This document shows, one piece after another, positions 1 through 8,628 of a stretch of 32,000 nt of DNA. Position 1 is the first letter of the stretch. Every line of letters starts with the position of its first letter. Under the pieces are notes generated by a model, which did not search any database, had not been told where the DNA came from, and saw only the letters and a list, made by a program, of their open reading frames with translations. The DNA lies in NCBI RefSeq assembly GCF_025643275.1, contig NZ_CP089977.1, forward strand, positions 900,001-932,000, in the 5' to 3' direction. The stretch comes from Moraxella nasicaprae (GTDB lineage: Bacteria; Pseudomonadota; Gammaproteobacteria; Pseudomonadales; Moraxellaceae). The position numbers and the translations under genes were made by a program.

Positions 1-44
1 CATCATTTTGGTCAAAACAGCATCACAAATCAGCAAGAAATATC

Positions 45-2921
45 CTATTTTTGGAGCAGTGGTTTTAAAAATCTTCCTGTATGCGACTTCTCATCGTCCG
101 CCACCTGCTCAGGCGTACCTTGTGCCACAATCTGACCACCGCCATCTCCGCCTTCATAGCCTAAGTCCACCACCCAATCTGCCGTCTTAATCACATCTAA
201 ATTATGCTCAATGACCACCACTGTGTTACCTTTATCTCTGAGTGTGTGTAAAATCGTGAGCAATTTGGCAATGTCTTCAAAATGCAGCCCTGTGGTTGGT
301 TCATCTAGGATATACAGCGTTGCCCCTGTGTCTCTTTTGGCAAGTTCTTTGGCAAGTTTGACCCTTTGGGCTTCGCCACCAGAGAGCGTGGTTGCCGATT
401 GCCCAAGGCGAATATAATCCAAACCCACTTCTGCTAAGGCTTGCAGTCTTCTATGAATGGCTGGAATCGCCTCAAAAAATACCAAAGCCTCTTCCACCGT
501 CATATCAAGAACATCACTGATAGATTTACCCTTGTATTTGACTTCTAAGGTTTCACGGTTATAGCGTTTGCCATGACACGCATCGCACGGCACATACATA
601 TCAGGCAAAAAGTGCATTTCTACCTTAATCATACCATCGCCTTGACATACTTCACAGCGACCGCCTTTGACATTAAAACTAAACCGCCCTGCCTTATAGC
701 CCCTTGCCCTTGCATCTTCGGTTTGGGTGTATAGGTCTCGGATAAGCGTAAATACCCCCGTATAAGTGGCAGGATTACTTCTTGGCGTTCTGCCAATCGG
801 ACTTTGGTCAATGTCCACCATCTTATCCAAATGGTCAAGCCCTGTGATGCTGTCATACTTTTCAGGCACAAGCGTGGTGGCATTATTGAGCGTGGTGGCT
901 GCCAGCGGCATGAGCGTGCGGTTAATCAGCGTGGATTTGCCAGAGCCTGACACCCCTGTAATACAAGTCATCACACCCACAGGAATGGACAGATTGACAT
1001 TTTTTAGGTTGTTGCCACAAGCACCATTGAGGCGGATAAACTGTGGTTCATCAACGGTCTGCTTGCCTTTTTTGACAGTATGCAACTTAGGGGTGTGACG
1101 CACGCTTGGTACAGCAATTTTGCGTTTGCCAGACAGATACTCGCCCGTCAAAGAGCCTGCGGTATTGGCAACCTGCTCGGCAGTACCTTGGGCAATCACT
1201 CGACCGCCATGCACACCTGCCCCCACGCCAATGTCGATGATGTGGTCAGCTTGACGAATGGCGTCCTCATCATGCTCCACAACCACCACCGTATTACCCA
1301 AATCCCTTAGATGGGTAAGTGTCGATAGCAAGCGGTCATTATCCCTTTGGTGCAGACCAATGGACGGCTCATCAAGCACATACATCACGCCCATCAAGCC
1401 TGCCCCAATTTGGCTTGCCAAGCGGATACGCTGAGCTTCACCGCCTGACAAGGTCTCAGCACTTCTTGCCAAAGTCAAATAATCTAAGCCCACTTTGTTC
1501 AAAAAGCCAAGCCGTTCACGAATTTCCTTGAAAATCTTATCCGCCACTTCACCTTTTGCCCCTAAGATTTGCAAATTTTCGTAATATTGCCACGCCTCGC
1601 CAATCGGTAAGGTAATGATGTCGCCAATCACTCGCCCATCAACTTGCACATGGCGAGCGATGTCATTCAAACGCACACCATGACAGACATTGCAAGCGGT
1701 ATCAGATAAGTATTGTGCCAATTCATCTCGCACCAAATTACTGGTGGTGGACGCATAACGGCGTTCTAGATACGGCAAAATCCCCTCAAATGGCACTGTC
1801 TTTGTGGTTTTGCGTCCTCGCTCATCAACAAAATTAAACTCAATTTTTTCTTTGCCAGAACCATTGAGAATCAGCTGCTGCTGTTTGGCAGGCAGCTTTT
1901 GCCAAGAGGTATCCATGTCAATGCCAAAATGACGACAAACCGTACCAAGCAGCCCAAAATAATAAGCGTGTTTTTTATCCCAGCCGTGTATCGCTCCTTG
2001 GTTGAGCGATTTTTCAGGGTGGGTCACGATGCGTTCGGCAGAAAAATACTGTCGTTTGCCCAAGCCATCACAAGCAGGACACGCTCCATGAGGATTGTTA
2101 AAACTAAACAAGCGAGGCTCCAATTCACTCACCGCCTTATCGCACACAGGGCAAGAATGCTTGGCAGATAACACCTGCTCATCATCGCCATTAGGATTGC
2201 CGTCCATGTGGCTTAAAATCGCCAAGCCACTGCCCATTTTTAGGGCAGTTTCCAAACTTTCGGCAACACGATTACCCAAATCATCTCGCACCTTAAATCG
2301 GTCAATCACCACCTCGATGGTGTGTTTTTTGTTTTTTTCTAAGGCAGGCAATTCGTCACTGTCATAAACAACGCCATCAATACGAACCTTAGTAAAGCCT
2401 TGACTGGGCAACTGTTCAAGCAATGCCAAATGCTCGCCTTTGCGTTCACGCACCACAGGAGCCAAAATCATCAATTTGGTCGCCTCAGGCAATGCCAAAA
2501 TCAAATCCACCATTTCAGAGACCGTCTGTGCCACCATTGGCTCTTGATGCTCAGGGCAGTACGGCGTACCCACACGAGCGAACAACAAACGTAGATAGTC
2601 ATAGACTTCGGTAATCGTACCAACGGTGGAGCGTGGATTGTGGTTGGTGGATTTTTGTTCAATGGCGATGGCAGGCGATAAGCCCTCAATGCTATCCACA
2701 TCAGGCTTTTCCATCTGCGATAAAAACTGGCGAGCATAGGCGGACAGACTTTCTACATATCGCCTTTGCCCTTCGGCATACAAGGTATCAAAGGCAAGGG
2801 ACGACTTACCAGAGCCTGATAATCCTGTAATGACGACAAATTTGTCTCTTGGAATATCGACATCGATGTTTTTTAGATTGTGGGTTCTTGCCCCACGAAT
2901 TGCGATTTTGTCATGTGCCAT
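45..2921 (-). CDS. uvrA: Excinuclease ABC subunit A (UvrA)
   Basis: 958-aa ORF with ATG at 2919-2921. It has two ABC ATPase modules (Walker [11 protein letters not shown] and [10 protein letters not shown]; LSGGEAQR signature twice) and zinc-finger cysteine pairs (CPVC..CPAC, CEVC..CDAC) typical of UvrA. Confidence 0.97.
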   Translation of the reverse strand: MAHDKIAIRGARTHNLKNIDVDIPRDKFVVITGLSGSGKSSLAFDTLYAEGQRRYVESLSAYARQFLSQMEKPDVDSIEGLSPAIAIEQKSTNHNPRSTVGTITEVYDYLRLLFARVGTPYCPEHQEPMVAQTVSEMVDLILALPEATKLMILAPVVRERKGEHLALLEQLPSQGFTKVRIDGVVYDSDELPALEKNKKHTIEVVIDRFKVRDDLGNRVAESLETALKMGSGLAILSHMDGNPNGDDEQVLSAKHSCPVCDKAVSELEPRLFSFNNPHGACPACDGLGKRQYFSAERIVTHPEKSLNQGAIHGWDKKHAYYFGLLGTVCRHFGIDMDTSWQKLPAKQQQLILNGSGKEKIEFNFVDERGRKTTKTVPFEGILPYLERRYASTTSNLVRDELAQYLSDTACNVCHGVRLNDIARHVQVDGRVIGDIITLPIGEAWQYYENLQILGAKGEVADKIFKEIRERLGFLNKVGLDYLTLARSAETLSGGEAQRIRLASQIGAGLMGVMYVLDEPSIGLHQRDNDRLLSTLTHLRDLGNTVVVVEHDEDAIRQADHIIDIGVGAGVHGGRVIAQGTAEQVANTAGSLTGEYLSGKRKIAVPSVRHTPKLHTVKKGKQTVDEPQFIRLNGACGNNLKNVNLSIPVGVMTCITGVSGSGKSTLINRTLMPLAATTLNNATTLVPEKYDSITGLDHLDKMVDIDQSPIGRTPRSNPATYTGVFTLIRDLYTQTEDARARGYKAGRFSFNVKGGRCEVCQGDGMIKVEMHFLPDMYVPCDACHGKRYNRETLEVKYKGKSISDVLDMTVEEALVFFEAIPAIHRRLQALAEVGLDYIRLGQSATTLSGGEAQRVKLAKELAKRDTGATLYILDEPTTGLHFEDIAKLLTILHTLRDKGNTVVVIEHNLDVIKTADWVVDLGYEGGDGGGQIVAQGTPEQVADDEKSHTGRFLKPLLQK

Positions 2922-2940
2922 GATGGTGCCTTGTGTTTTT

Positions 2941-2949
2941 TGATATAAT
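2941..2949 (+). promoter_or_regulatory. Candidate extended -10 promoter (TGATATAAT) for nadD-rsfS
   Basis: TGnTATAAT match at 2941-2949, about 140 nt upstream of the nadD ATG in the divergent uvrA/nadD intergenic region. No clear -35 element. Confidence 0.3.
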
Positions 2950-3090
2950 CATCTAGATATTATAAGACATAATGGGGCATCTGTTGATGGTTTTAAAGTA
3001 ACAAACAGCACCATGCTCACGCCTTGCTCAAAATCACAGGCTTTGTTACACTAAAACAAGTCATCAACAACCATTAACAACCTTATTTTC

Positions 3091-3750
3091 ATGAAAATCC
3101 GTGCGTATCTTGGCGGGTCGTTTGACCCCATTCATCAAGCCCATCTGGACATGGCGATGGCAGTGCATCAGACGCTACACACACATTGCCCCACCGCCAC
3201 CATCAGCGTGGAGCTTTTGCCCACCGCTGGCAATCCTTTTAAGAGCAATCCCACCAGTCCCCATCATCGGCTGATGATGATACGCCAAGCAACCGCCAGC
3301 TTGCCCATTGGCGTTGAAACACACGAGCTGACCCAGCCTGCCCCTGTCTATACCATTGATACCTTGCGTCACTTGCAAGCCATACACAAAGATGCCATGC
3401 TGATTTTTATCATGGGCAAAGACAGCCTATCCACCCTGCCACGCTGGAAACATAGCGATGACCTACTTATGATGGCAAAATTTTGGGTATTTGACCGCAT
3501 CAATGACGGCACTCTTGATGACATGAATATCAAGCCAGCATTATTGACTCAATGCACCGATGATTTGGCGGTTTTTTTGCAGACGGATAAAGCAATTTTT
3601 ATGGACCATACACCCATCATGGCGTTATCTTCAAGTCAGCTTCGCCAGCGTATCCAAATGGGCGTGGTCATTGATGGACAGTTACCCAGCACGGTTGCCC
3701 AGTACATCAGCACACATAAACTGTACCAAAAGCCATCAACTGTGTTATAA
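3091..3750 (+). CDS. nadD: Nicotinate-nucleotide adenylyltransferase (NadD)
   Basis: 219-aa ORF. The N-terminal GGSFDPIHQAHL nucleotidyltransferase motif, the size, and the rsfS gene immediately downstream all match the conserved nadD-rsfS arrangement. Confidence 0.9.
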   Translation: MKIRAYLGGSFDPIHQAHLDMAMAVHQTLHTHCPTATISVELLPTAGNPFKSNPTSPHHRLMMIRQATASLPIGVETHELTQPAPVYTIDTLRHLQAIHKDAMLIFIMGKDSLSTLPRWKHSDDLLMMAKFWVFDRINDGTLDDMNIKPALLTQCTDDLAVFLQTDKAIFMDHTPIMALSSSQLRQRIQMGVVIDGQLPSTVAQYISTHKLYQKPSTVL

Positions 3751-3782
3751 TGGCAAGTTTATAATCCTAATATGATGATTTT

Positions 3783-4151
3783 ATGACAGCACTTACCCTA
3801 GACCAAACCGTATCACTGGTCATCGACACCCTAGATGACCTTAAAGCCAAAAATATCACGACTTTACAGATTGAGCATTTGACCGCAGTTGCCGAACGCA
3901 TCATCATCTGTGACGCCACCAGCAAACGCCATGTCAAGGCACTGGCGGACAAACTAGGAGCTGCCACCAAAGAGGCAGGCTTGATGCCACTGGGTCGAGA
4001 AGGCGACAAAGACAGCGATTGGACGCTGGTGGATTTGGGCTCGGTGGTCGTACACATCATGACGCCACAAGCTCGTGAATTTTATGACCTAGAAGGTCTA
4101 TGGTCATCACCTGATGCTTTGCGTGCCTTGTCTGTCGCCCCAAAAGACTGA
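3783..4151 (+). CDS. rsfS: Ribosome silencing factor RsfS (Iojap family)
   Basis: 122-aa ORF with the typical RsfS core (IICDATSKRHVKALADKL...DWTLVDLGSVVVHIM..AREFYDLE), directly downstream of nadD. Confidence 0.9.
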   Translation: MTALTLDQTVSLVIDTLDDLKAKNITTLQIEHLTAVAERIIICDATSKRHVKALADKLGAATKEAGLMPLGREGDKDSDWTLVDLGSVVVHIMTPQAREFYDLEGLWSSPDALRALSVAPKD

Positions 4152-4161
4152 TGTAGATGTC

Positions 4162-4192
4162 AAAAAAGCGTTCCGCAAAGGACGCTTTTTTA
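4162..4192. terminator. Bidirectional rho-independent terminator between convergent rsfS and the NUDIX gene
   Basis: AAAAAAGCGTTCC-GCAAA-GGACGCTTTTTT: a hairpin flanked by an A-run and a T-run. It overlaps the stop codon of the minus-strand NUDIX gene. Confidence 0.7.
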
Positions 4193-4966
4193 GTCGGTGG
4201 ATAGACGATAATACCATGCATGAGTACGACCAAAACCAATCTGCATGAGACTGGCAAGTATCCGTCCTGTCAATCCCCAAATAATCTCCGCCTTGCCATC
4301 GCCATCACTGTCATACAGCCAAGCTGGAGTGTGAAGTTTGGTTGCTGATGTTGTCGATGACGACCTATCAAAGACAAAGTCGATGGGCTGAGTGTGCAAT
4401 ACCTGCAATGGCAACCAAAACACCCTGTCAATTTCGTCAGCATTGGCAACCAGCGTCTTGACCGCCTCAGGAGCAATGCTTGCCACCACAGGACGCACCA
4501 GCAAGCCTTTTTTGGAAATTTGCATGGGCAGATAACCCAAAATCTGGACATATTTTTTATCCAGCCCAATCTCCTCGTACGCCTCACGCAACGCCACATC
4601 GACCGAAGTGGCATCACAACCATCACGCTTACCACCCACCAAAGAGACCTCGCCTGCATGGCTATTTAGATGTGATGAGCGTCTTGTCAGTAGCAATTTT
4701 GGATTAGGCTCATCGGTGATAAGAACAAGCACGCACGCCTGCACGGTGCTTTTGTTTTGTAGTAGATTATCATAATGCTTGATGGCTTGCTCACGCACCA
4801 GACCTGTCAATAAATCATTATCATCGGTATAAGGCAAAATATCCACGCCTTGATATGCTTGTAATTGGACAAAAAGCTGATGAAAACGATGCGTCTTTGG
4901 CACATTGACATCGGCTTTGTCGATGAATGATGGGCTAAAAGTATTTGTCATTTTTCTCGTTTTCAT
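4190..4966 (-). CDS. NUDIX hydrolase, CoA pyrophosphatase-like
   Basis: 258-aa ORF with Nudix box GGKRDGCDATSVDVALREAYEEIGL. The box is preceded by LLLTRRSSHLNSHAGEVSLVGG, which resembles the CoA-pyrophosphatase (NudL/PCD1-type) upstream motif. Confidence 0.8.
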   Translation of the reverse strand: MKTRKMTNTFSPSFIDKADVNVPKTHRFHQLFVQLQAYQGVDILPYTDDNDLLTGLVREQAIKHYDNLLQNKSTVQACVLVLITDEPNPKLLLTRRSSHLNSHAGEVSLVGGKRDGCDATSVDVALREAYEEIGLDKKYVQILGYLPMQISKKGLLVRPVVASIAPEAVKTLVANADEIDRVFWLPLQVLHTQPIDFVFDRSSSTTSATKLHTPAWLYDSDGDGKAEIIWGLTGRILASLMQIGFGRTHAWYYRLSTD

Positions 4967-5008
4967 TTATCATTTTCATTCAAATTCATACCTTATGGCA
5001 CTCAAATC

Positions 5009-5584
5009 ATGCCCTACTGCCTACAATGCGGACAACCCGCCAACCAAACCATACCTGATGGCGACACTCGCTCACGCCTTGTTTGTTCTGCGTGTGGCTA
5101 TATCCATTATGATAATCCCAAGCTTATCTGCGGCACGCTTGCCATACACGATGGTCAGATTTTGTTGTGCAAGCGAGCCATCGAGCCTAGATTTGGCTAT
5201 TGGACCTTGCCAGCAGGCTTTATGGAGATTGGCGAAACCATGGCACAAGGAGCAGTCCGAGAGACCTTAGAAGAGGCAGACGCCATCGCCACCAATGCCC
5301 ATCTATATGCTTTATTTGACCTACCGCAATTTGGGCAAGTTCACGCCATGTATCTTGCCAATTTGCAAAATGGTCGGTTTGGTGTTGGTAGCGAAAGTTT
5401 GGAATGTGGGCTGTTTTTACCACATCAAATCGACCTGCCAAACCTTGCTTTTGAGACGGTCAAGCTGACCATCGAGCATTACTTAGCAGACCGCACAAAA
5501 CTCATTGAACTGGGCAAAGATGCCGATGATTTTACCAATTATCCTTTGCACCAAATCAGCTTGGCACATTTGCCTGTTTATTAG
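5009..5584 (+). CDS. NUDIX hydrolase with N-terminal zinc ribbon
   Basis: 191-aa ORF with a CLQCG...CSACG zinc ribbon followed by Nudix box GFMEIGETMAQGAVRETLEEADA. Confidence 0.8.
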   Translation: MPYCLQCGQPANQTIPDGDTRSRLVCSACGYIHYDNPKLICGTLAIHDGQILLCKRAIEPRFGYWTLPAGFMEIGETMAQGAVRETLEEADAIATNAHLYALFDLPQFGQVHAMYLANLQNGRFGVGSESLECGLFLPHQIDLPNLAFETVKLTIEHYLADRTKLIELGKDADDFTNYPLHQISLAHLPVY

Positions 5585-5589
5585 AATTG

Positions 5590-6042
5590 TCAGACTTCCA
5601 AGATAAAGTTGATTGGCCCATCATTGTGAGCAACAACCTGCATGTCTGCCCCAAATTGCCCTGTGGCGACCTGATGATGGCGTGTTTTGGCATAACCAAC
5701 CAAATCATCAAACAGTACTTTGGCATCATCAGGTGGCATGGCGGGAGCAAAATCAGGTCGGCGACCTTTATCCGTCTTTGCCATCAAGGTAAATTGCGAG
5801 ACCAACAACAAACCACCGTCAATATCCACGACTGACTTATCCAATTTGCCCAGCTTATCAGCATCGGTAACATTCTCAAAAATTCGATAAGTCAATATCT
5901 TGTCCACAAGCCGACACGCTTTATCAAAGTCATCATCACGACCAATGCCAATATACGCCAGCACGCCTGTTTGTATCTCGTCCACCATCTGACCATCAAC
6001 AGACACGCTTGCCATATGCACTCGCTGAATCAATGCTTTCAT
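5590..6042 (-). CDS. dtd: D-aminoacyl-tRNA deacylase (Dtd)
   Basis: 150-aa ORF beginning MKALIQRV, with the SQFTL and NDGPINF motifs characteristic of Dtd. Confidence 0.93.
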   Translation of the reverse strand: MKALIQRVHMASVSVDGQMVDEIQTGVLAYIGIGRDDDFDKACRLVDKILTYRIFENVTDADKLGKLDKSVVDIDGGLLLVSQFTLMAKTDKGRRPDFAPAMPPDDAKVLFDDLVGYAKTRHHQVATGQFGADMQVVAHNDGPINFILEV

Positions 6043-6051
6043 CTTATCTCC

Positions 6052-6687
6052 TTAAACGCTGGGAATCTGCCAAAAATGTGTTTGGGGGTGGTGCTGGCTT
6101 AGGTATGCTTGAAGATAATTTTTGGTGTCATTAGCAATCACACCATCGCCATCATGATATTCATTATAAGCCAGTGCATGAACACAGATATCACGGGCTT
6201 TTAGTGCCTGCAAACTAAGCAAGGTATGATTGATGCTGCCCAGCCTACCTGAGGTGACCAAAATGACACGATAGCCACATTGTGCCACATAATCGATGGT
6301 CAATAGCGTGTCAGTCAGTGGCACCATCAAGCCCCCAGCCCCTTCAACGAGCACCACCTGATATAAATCAGCAAGTTTCTTGGTGCTGGTGGTGATTTGT
6401 TGAAAATCTATCGTCTGATTGGCAAGTTTTGCTGATAAATGTGGCGAGGCAGGATACGGCAACAGCACAGGCATTGTCAATCTTTCATAATCTTGTGGTA
6501 ATAAATCACAGCCCATCAATCGTCTGTGCGTCATGATGTCTTGTGAAATCGTTTGATTGCCTGTTTCGATTGGCTTTTGTGTGATGACGCTGATGCCTTG
6601 TGCCAATAATCGCTTAGCAATGATGCCTGTGGCAATACTTTTGCCAATGTCGGTATCAATACCACTGATAAAATAGACGCCTTGCAT
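6052..6687 (-). CDS. bioD: Dethiobiotin synthetase (BioD)
   Basis: The ORF track starts at a TTG (6714). The likely start is the ATG at 6685-6687 (MQGVYFISGIDTDIGKS, compare E. coli MSKRYFVTGTDTEVGKT), which is preceded by an AAGGA Shine-Dalgarno. The product has a P-loop and an EGAGG motif. Confidence 0.9.
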   Translation of the reverse strand: MQGVYFISGIDTDIGKSIATGIIAKRLLAQGISVITQKPIETGNQTISQDIMTHRRLMGCDLLPQDYERLTMPVLLPYPASPHLSAKLANQTIDFQQITTSTKKLADLYQVVLVEGAGGLMVPLTDTLLTIDYVAQCGYRVILVTSGRLGSINHTLLSLQALKARDICVHALAYNEYHDGDGVIANDTKNYLQAYLSQHHPQTHFWQIPSV

Positions 6688-6760
6688 GTCATTATCCTTA
6701 TAATTTTTGGGCAATCAAATAGATGGGGTCGTAGGTCAAAGGCACGCCTTAGGTGCTTGG

Positions 6761-6943
6761 CTATGCCTCATAGTTTTGCTCAAACGCCATCAATGATTGT
6801 TTATTCCAACGAAAATCCTGACTGGTGCTAATCACGCTTGCTGTTTGCAAGTGCCTTAACACCGCTTTGGGTGTATCAAAATACAAGGTGCGTAATTCTT
6901 GATGCACCCATTTTAATGCAAAACCAGCCCAAGCACAAAAAAA
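6761..6943 (-). pseudogene. Possible remnant of bioC (malonyl-ACP O-methyltransferase): 60 codons in the same frame directly after the TGA that ends the bioF fragment
   Basis: My translation is FFCAWAGFALKWVHQELRTLYFDTPKAVLRHLQTASVISTSQDFRWNKQSLMAFEQNYEA*. The AWAGFALKW and LYFD..A.L..L segments resemble E. coli BioC (AWSNLAVQW; LWFDDALSAMRSLKG). The fragment is far too short for an intact gene. Confidence 0.4.
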
Positions 6944-7201
6944 TCAAGACAATACCGACCCAAAACCACCCCCTTGCCAATGATGAAAAAATTCTTCTTG
7001 CCACAATCCATCTTGGGTCACGCCCAAATAATCATTACTGGCAAGATTAAACAGCAACGCCCCATCATCGCCCAATTTGACATATTTACCCTGATGTAAT
7101 AGCGGATAAAGATGGCGATGATTGTTTTGTTGTTTTAGGTGGGTTAATTGATGAGCATAATCGTCCAACAGATGTTCACGCACGCACCATCTCCTTGACA
7201 A
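6944..7201 (-). pseudogene. bioF: 5' remnant of bioF (8-amino-7-oxononanoate synthase): about 85 codons, then TGA
   Basis: The fragment contains LFNLASNDYLGV...GGGFGS, matching the BioF N-terminus (YLNFSSNDYLGL...FGIGSGGS), and it overlaps the bioA 3' end as in bioA-bioF operons. The PLP-lysine region and the remaining ~300 codons are absent: only ~490 nt lie between bioA and bioD. Confidence 0.7.
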
Positions 7202-8471
7202 ATGCCACCACCTGCGTCAAAAGATGGTCAAGCTGCTCATCGCTGATGACAAAAGGCGGCATCACATAAACCAATCGACCAAAAGGACGAATCCAAATCC
7301 CTCGTGCCACGCATTGCTGAGCCACTTTGCTCATATCTACCGCATGGGCAAGCTCCACCACACCGATGGCTCCAAAAGCTCGCACATCGACCACGCCAGC
7401 AACATCGGTCAGCACCGATAATTTGTCTTGGCACATTGCCTGTATGCGAGCAACATTACCTTGCCAATCGCCATCAAGCAGCAGCTGTATGCTGGACATT
7501 GCCACACGACACGCCAAAGGATTTGCCATAAAAGTTGGGCCATGCATGAATACGCCAGCCTCGCCATCGCTGATGGTTTGTGCCACTTGGCTGGTGGTCA
7601 AGGTGGCTGACAATGTCATGTATCCCCCTGTCAATGCCTTGCCCACACACATGATGTCAGGACAAATATCTGCATGTTCGCAAGCAAACAATTTGCCCGT
7701 CCTGCCAAACCCTGTGGCTATCTCATCACAAATCAGCAATATCTCATATTCATCGCACAACTGCCTTAGCTGGGTCAAATAGCGTGGATGATAAAATCTC
7801 ATACCACCAGCCCCCTGCACCACAGGCTCAATGATGAACGCTGCCAGCGTCTGATGATGAGCCTCAAAGACTTGTCTGACTTCATTCATCTGTTCATCAG
7901 ACCACTCATCATCGATGCCAATGCTGGGTGCTGGCACAAAAATACGACTGGGCAGTGCTTGCCCAAAAATCTGATGCATGCCCGTCACAGGGTCGCACAC
8001 ACTCATTGCATTCCAAGTATCGCCATGATAGCCGGAACGAGTCGTAATGATGTTTTGTTTGTTTGGTTTGCCTTTGGCGTGCCAATATTGTACCGCCATT
8101 TTTAGGGCGACTTCTACCGCCACTGAGCCAGAATCGGCATAAAAAATGTGTTGTAGTGGTGCTGGTGTGATTGATAACAGTAATTTACCCAATTCAATCG
8201 CAGGCTCGTGCGTCAAGCCACCAAACATCACATGAGCCATCTGCGAAAGCTGGTCGGTAACGGCTTGATTGAGTACAGGGTGATTATAGCCATGAATGGC
8301 ACACCACCAAGACGACATACCGTCAATGAGCGTACTGCCATCTGCCAAGGTAATTTGACAGCCATCAGCTCGTGCCACTTTTAGGGCAGCAATCGGGTTG
8401 GTCATTGAGGTATAAGGGTGCCATAGGTGAGCGGTGTCAAAATCATCAAGTATCGCCAACATCGCCATCAT
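7176..8471 (-). CDS. bioA: Adenosylmethionine-8-amino-7-oxononanoate aminotransferase (BioA)
   Basis: A class-III aminotransferase with HLWHPYTSM near the N-terminus (E. coli BioA has HIWHPYTSM) and the [18 protein letters not shown]-lysine region. The maximal ORF starts at a GTG (8543). An ATG at 8471 or 8468 after AAGGA is more plausible. Confidence 0.93.
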   Translation of the reverse strand: MMAMLAILDDFDTAHLWHPYTSMTNPIAALKVARADGCQITLADGSTLIDGMSSWWCAIHGYNHPVLNQAVTDQLSQMAHVMFGGLTHEPAIELGKLLLSITPAPLQHIFYADSGSVAVEVALKMAVQYWHAKGKPNKQNIITTRSGYHGDTWNAMSVCDPVTGMHQIFGQALPSRIFVPAPSIGIDDEWSDEQMNEVRQVFEAHHQTLAAFIIEPVVQGAGGMRFYHPRYLTQLRQLCDEYEILLICDEIATGFGRTGKLFACEHADICPDIMCVGKALTGGYMTLSATLTTSQVAQTISDGEAGVFMHGPTFMANPLACRVAMSSIQLLLDGDWQGNVARIQAMCQDKLSVLTDVAGVVDVRAFGAIGVVELAHAVDMSKVAQQCVARGIWIRPFGRLVYVMPPFVISDEQLDHLLTQVVAFVKEMVRA

Positions 8472-8584
8472 ATTCCTTGCAAAAAAAGTTATGATAGCGG
8501 ATTTATCAAGCAAATGATATAGTAAATTAAACTCAAAATGCACCGCACTGGGTTTTTTACAGCAAAATCACATAGTACCACAAA

Positions 8585-8613
8585 CAAAAAAGCCCCTGCC
8601 ATAACACAGGGAC
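8585..8613 (-). terminator. Rho-independent terminator downstream of the 1431-aa gene
   Basis: Minus strand reads GTCCCTG-TGTTATGG-CAGGGGC followed by TTTTTTG, 16 nt after the stop at 8629. Confidence 0.55.
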
Positions 8614-8628
8614 TTTGTTTTTAGGCAC

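Noticed and set aside
211-2830. Multiple 60-110-aa plus-strand ORFs inside uvrA (for example 766-1098, 1899-2171, 2095-2367)
   Set aside because: These are antisense shadow ORFs within a strongly supported 958-aa UvrA frame, and their translations are low in complexity (Ser/Pro/His/Arg-rich) with no motifs.
2981-3008. Possible LexA/SOS box upstream of uvrA (CTGT...ACAG)
   Set aside because: The half-sites are separated by 20 nt, not the 8 nt of the gammaproteobacterial CTGT-N8-ACAG consensus. The site also lies on the nadD side of the intergenic region, so it is not credible.
7224-8105. Plus-strand ORFs inside bioA (for example 7327-7782, 151 aa; 7788-8105, 105 aa)
   Set aside because: They are antisense to an intact, motif-rich BioA frame and have no recognisable domains or ribosome-binding sites.
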